Positions 22,448 to 24,000 of a DNA stretch of 24,000 bases are shown one piece after another. How positions within the stretch are numbered: position 1 is the first letter of the stretch; each line of letters opens with the position of its first letter. The DNA lies in the NCBI GenBank assembly GCA_002898355.1, contig BEHD01000004.1, forward strand, positions 46,540-70,539. The letters are read 5' to 3'. The notes under the pieces were generated by a model. It made no database searches. It saw only the letters and a program-made list of their open reading frames with translations, and was not told the origin of the DNA. The position numbers and the translations under genes are program-made. Origin of the DNA: an archaeon HR01 (GTDB lineage: Archaea; Thermoproteota; Nitrososphaeria_A; Caldarchaeales; Caldarchaeaceae).

Positions 22448-24000
22448 ATGCCGCACAACTCCGAGGCGGTTATCGAACTTCTGCCAAAACCTCTTAGGGA
22501 GGCTGTGAGGGAGAGGTTCGGAGCCCTAACAGAGCCTCAGGTGGAGGCTATACCGAAGATACTGGAGGGTAGGAACCTCCTCTTGATGGCTCCCACGGGG
22601 ACTGGGAAGACAGAGGCAGCCCTCATCCCCATCCTCGCCAGAGTTCTCACCGGTGGAGCTGTTCAAGGTGTCAAAATACTCTACATAACACCCCTGAGAG
22701 CCCTCAACAGGGATTTGCTGGAGAGGATTGAGTGGTGGGCCAACAGGGTGGACCTCACGGCCGCCGTCAGACATGGCGACACGGTGGAGAGGGAGCGGAG
22801 GGTCCAAGCCCTCCTACCGCCCAACATACTGATCACGACACCGGAGACGCTCCAGATTCTTCTAACGGCGAAAACCCTGAGACAGCACCTCCGCAGCGTC
22901 GAAGCCGTCATAGTCGACGAAGTCCACGAGCTGGCATCGGATAAGAGGGGTGCACAGCTCTCCGTGGGGCTGGAGAGGCTTGAAAAGATTACGGGTAAGC
23001 CCTTCCAGAGGGTGGGCCTCTCGGCCACAGTGGGTAGCCCGGAGCGTGTGGCATCTTTTCTGGCAGGTGTCGGCAGGGGCGTTGAGGTGGTCAGGGTTCC
23101 CGTCTCCCGCAACCTATCCATAAAGGTGGAGTTTCCCAGGCCCTCGCCTGAAGACCACGAGCTGGCCAGGTATCTCTCCATCCCTGAGGAGGTGGCGGCG
23201 AGGATGAGCCTTATACGGCGTCTGGTGGAAGGCCACGAGTCAACCCTCGTCTTCACCAACACAAGGCCCCTCGCAGAGATACTGACCAACCGGTTCAGGG
23301 CTTGGGATGAGGCCATACCGATAGGCATACATCACGGCTCCCTCTCAAAAACCACGAGGGTTGGGGCGGAGCAGGCCCTCAAAACCGGCGGGCTGATAGG
23401 GGTCATATGCACCTCATCCCTCGAGATGGGCATAGATGTGGGCCGTATAGAGCTGTGCATACAGTATAACTCGCCTAGGGAGGTCACCCGGCTGGTCCAG
23501 AGAATCGGGAGGAGCGGCCACAGGATAGGAGGCCTAGCCAAAGGTGTTGTGATAGTCATGGACTCAGACGACGCATTAGAGAGCCTAGTCATAGCCAGAA
23601 GGGCCTACTCAGACCTTATCGAGGAGGTGGAGGTACCCACCAACTCATTGGATGTGATAGCCCACCAGCTAGCCGGCCTGCTCATAGAATATTTTGAAGT
23701 GGGGACAGCAGACGCCCTAGAGCTCTTCAGAAAATCCTACTGCTTCAAAGACCTCAGCATGGATCAGCTCCTGAGGGTTGCCGACCACTTAACACGGCTG
23801 GGGATAGCCCATCTGACTGTGGACGGCGCCAGAATATCCAGGCCCGAAAGCTCCACACGGCTTTACGAATACTACTTCTCCAACCTCTCCATGATACCTG
23901 AGGAGAAGCAGTATCTGGTGGTGAGAGAGGGTACTGGGGAGCCTGTCGGGATACTGGATGAGGAGTTCGTGGCAGAATACGGCTCCGTGGGTACGAGATT
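22448..24000 (+). CDS. lhr: Lhr-type (large helicase-related) superfamily 2 DEAD/DEAH helicase, N-terminal ~517 aa (continues past the window end)
   Basis: Absent from the track (no stop in the window). Translation from the ATG at 22448: MPHNSEAVIELLPKPLREAVRERFGALTEPQVEAIPKILEGRNLLLMAPTGTGKTEAAL... Motifs: I APTGTGKT, II DEVH, III SAT, VI QRIGRSGH. The frame stays open to base 24000. The minus-strand track ORFs at 22526-23592 are its antisense. Confidence 0.85.
   Translation, partial: MPHNSEAVIELLPKPLREAVRERFGALTEPQVEAIPKILEGRNLLLMAPTGTGKTEAALIPILARVLTGGAVQGVKILYITPLRALNRDLLERIEWWANRVDLTAAVRHGDTVERERRVQALLPPNILITTPETLQILLTAKTLRQHLRSVEAVIVDEVHELASDKRGAQLSVGLERLEKITGKPFQRVGLSATVGSPERVASFLAGVGRGVEVVRVPVSRNLSIKVEFPRPSPEDHELARYLSIPEEVAARMSLIRRLVEGHESTLVFTNTRPLAEILTNRFRAWDEAIPIGIHHGSLSKTTRVGAEQALKTGGLIGVICTSSLEMGIDVGRIELCIQYNSPREVTRLVQRIGRSGHRIGGLAKGVVIVMDSDDALESLVIARRAYSDLIEEVEVPTNSLDVIAHQLAGLLIEYFEVGTADALELFRKSYCFKDLSMDQLLRVADHLTRLGIAHLTVDGARISRPESSTRLYEYYFSNLSMIPEEKQYLVVREGTGEPVGILDEEFVAEYGSVGTR

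Noticed and set aside
22526-23592. Three minus-strand ORFs (93, 215 and 86 aa) listed in the track
   Set aside because: They are antisense to the open plus-strand Lhr helicase frame, which carries motifs I, II, III and VI. Their translations are Ser/Arg/Leu-rich low complexity, typical of antisense frames in GC-rich genes. The same reasoning rejects 921-1355(-), 2025-2889(-), 4432-5413(+), 5836-6045(-), 6892-7276(+), 7740-8555(-), 10055-10836, 12456-15576(-), 16577-16762(-), 17853-18869, 20159-21818 and 21840-22109(-).
1-24000. CRISPR arrays, IS elements, integrases, toxin-antitoxin pairs or known defence-system genes
   Set aside because: I found no regularly spaced direct repeats, no transposase, integrase or nuclease-like ORFs, and no small two-gene TA-like pairs while reading both strands. 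The only helicase (Lhr) has housekeeping-type motifs and context.

Overview
Compact, gene-dense archaeal chromosomal segment, judged Thermoproteota/Crenarchaeota-like from hand analysis only (no searches run). Support: A/T-rich TATA-like boxes centred about 22-31 nt upstream of most start codons (leaderless mRNAs), an intron-containing tRNA, an archaeal-type PPAT and a CDP-alcohol phosphatidyltransferase. I support about 28 protein genes and 2 tRNAs. There is no CRISPR array, transposase or integrase. Order: partial ECF S-component (-), ThrC-like/wHTH fusion, Asp/Glu/hydantoin racemase, small membrane proteins with a membrane-anchored wHTH, a radical SAM enzyme with a B12-binding-like N-domain (-), a Yip1-like membrane protein, PPAT (-), a small ORF plus TldD, a PDCD5-like protein, GcvH plus an unknown 116-aa protein, CDP-alcohol phosphatidyltransferase (-), tRNA-Pro(GGG) with intron (-), PCu(A)C copper chaperone, tRNA-Asp(GUC). 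Next comes a roughly 5-kb lower-GC block (about 45% versus about 58-60% in the flanks, by eye) with a 4-gene operon: XDH/CoxL-family Mo-hydroxylase large, FAD and 2Fe-2S subunits plus an LLM flavin oxidoreductase. After it: a ykoE-ykoD-ykoC-like ECF thiamine/HMP importer convergent with tenA, acyl-CoA dehydrogenase, a membrane zinc-ribbon protein and a partial Lhr-type helicase. Most interesting: (1) a threonine-synthase-fold protein whose PLP Schiff-base lysine codon reads Ile and which carries a C-terminal PadR-type wHTH, so a candidate enzyme-derived ligand-sensing regulator; (2) the low-GC Mo-hydroxylase/LLM cassette abutting the tRNA-Asp 3' end; (3) a small ORF upstream of tldD that stays coding-like in one frame through two TAG codons; (4) an ECF ATPase whose motif degeneracies converge on one composite ATP site. 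Several start codons in the ORF track look over-extended and are re-called here from TATA spacing or GTGA/TTGA coupling.
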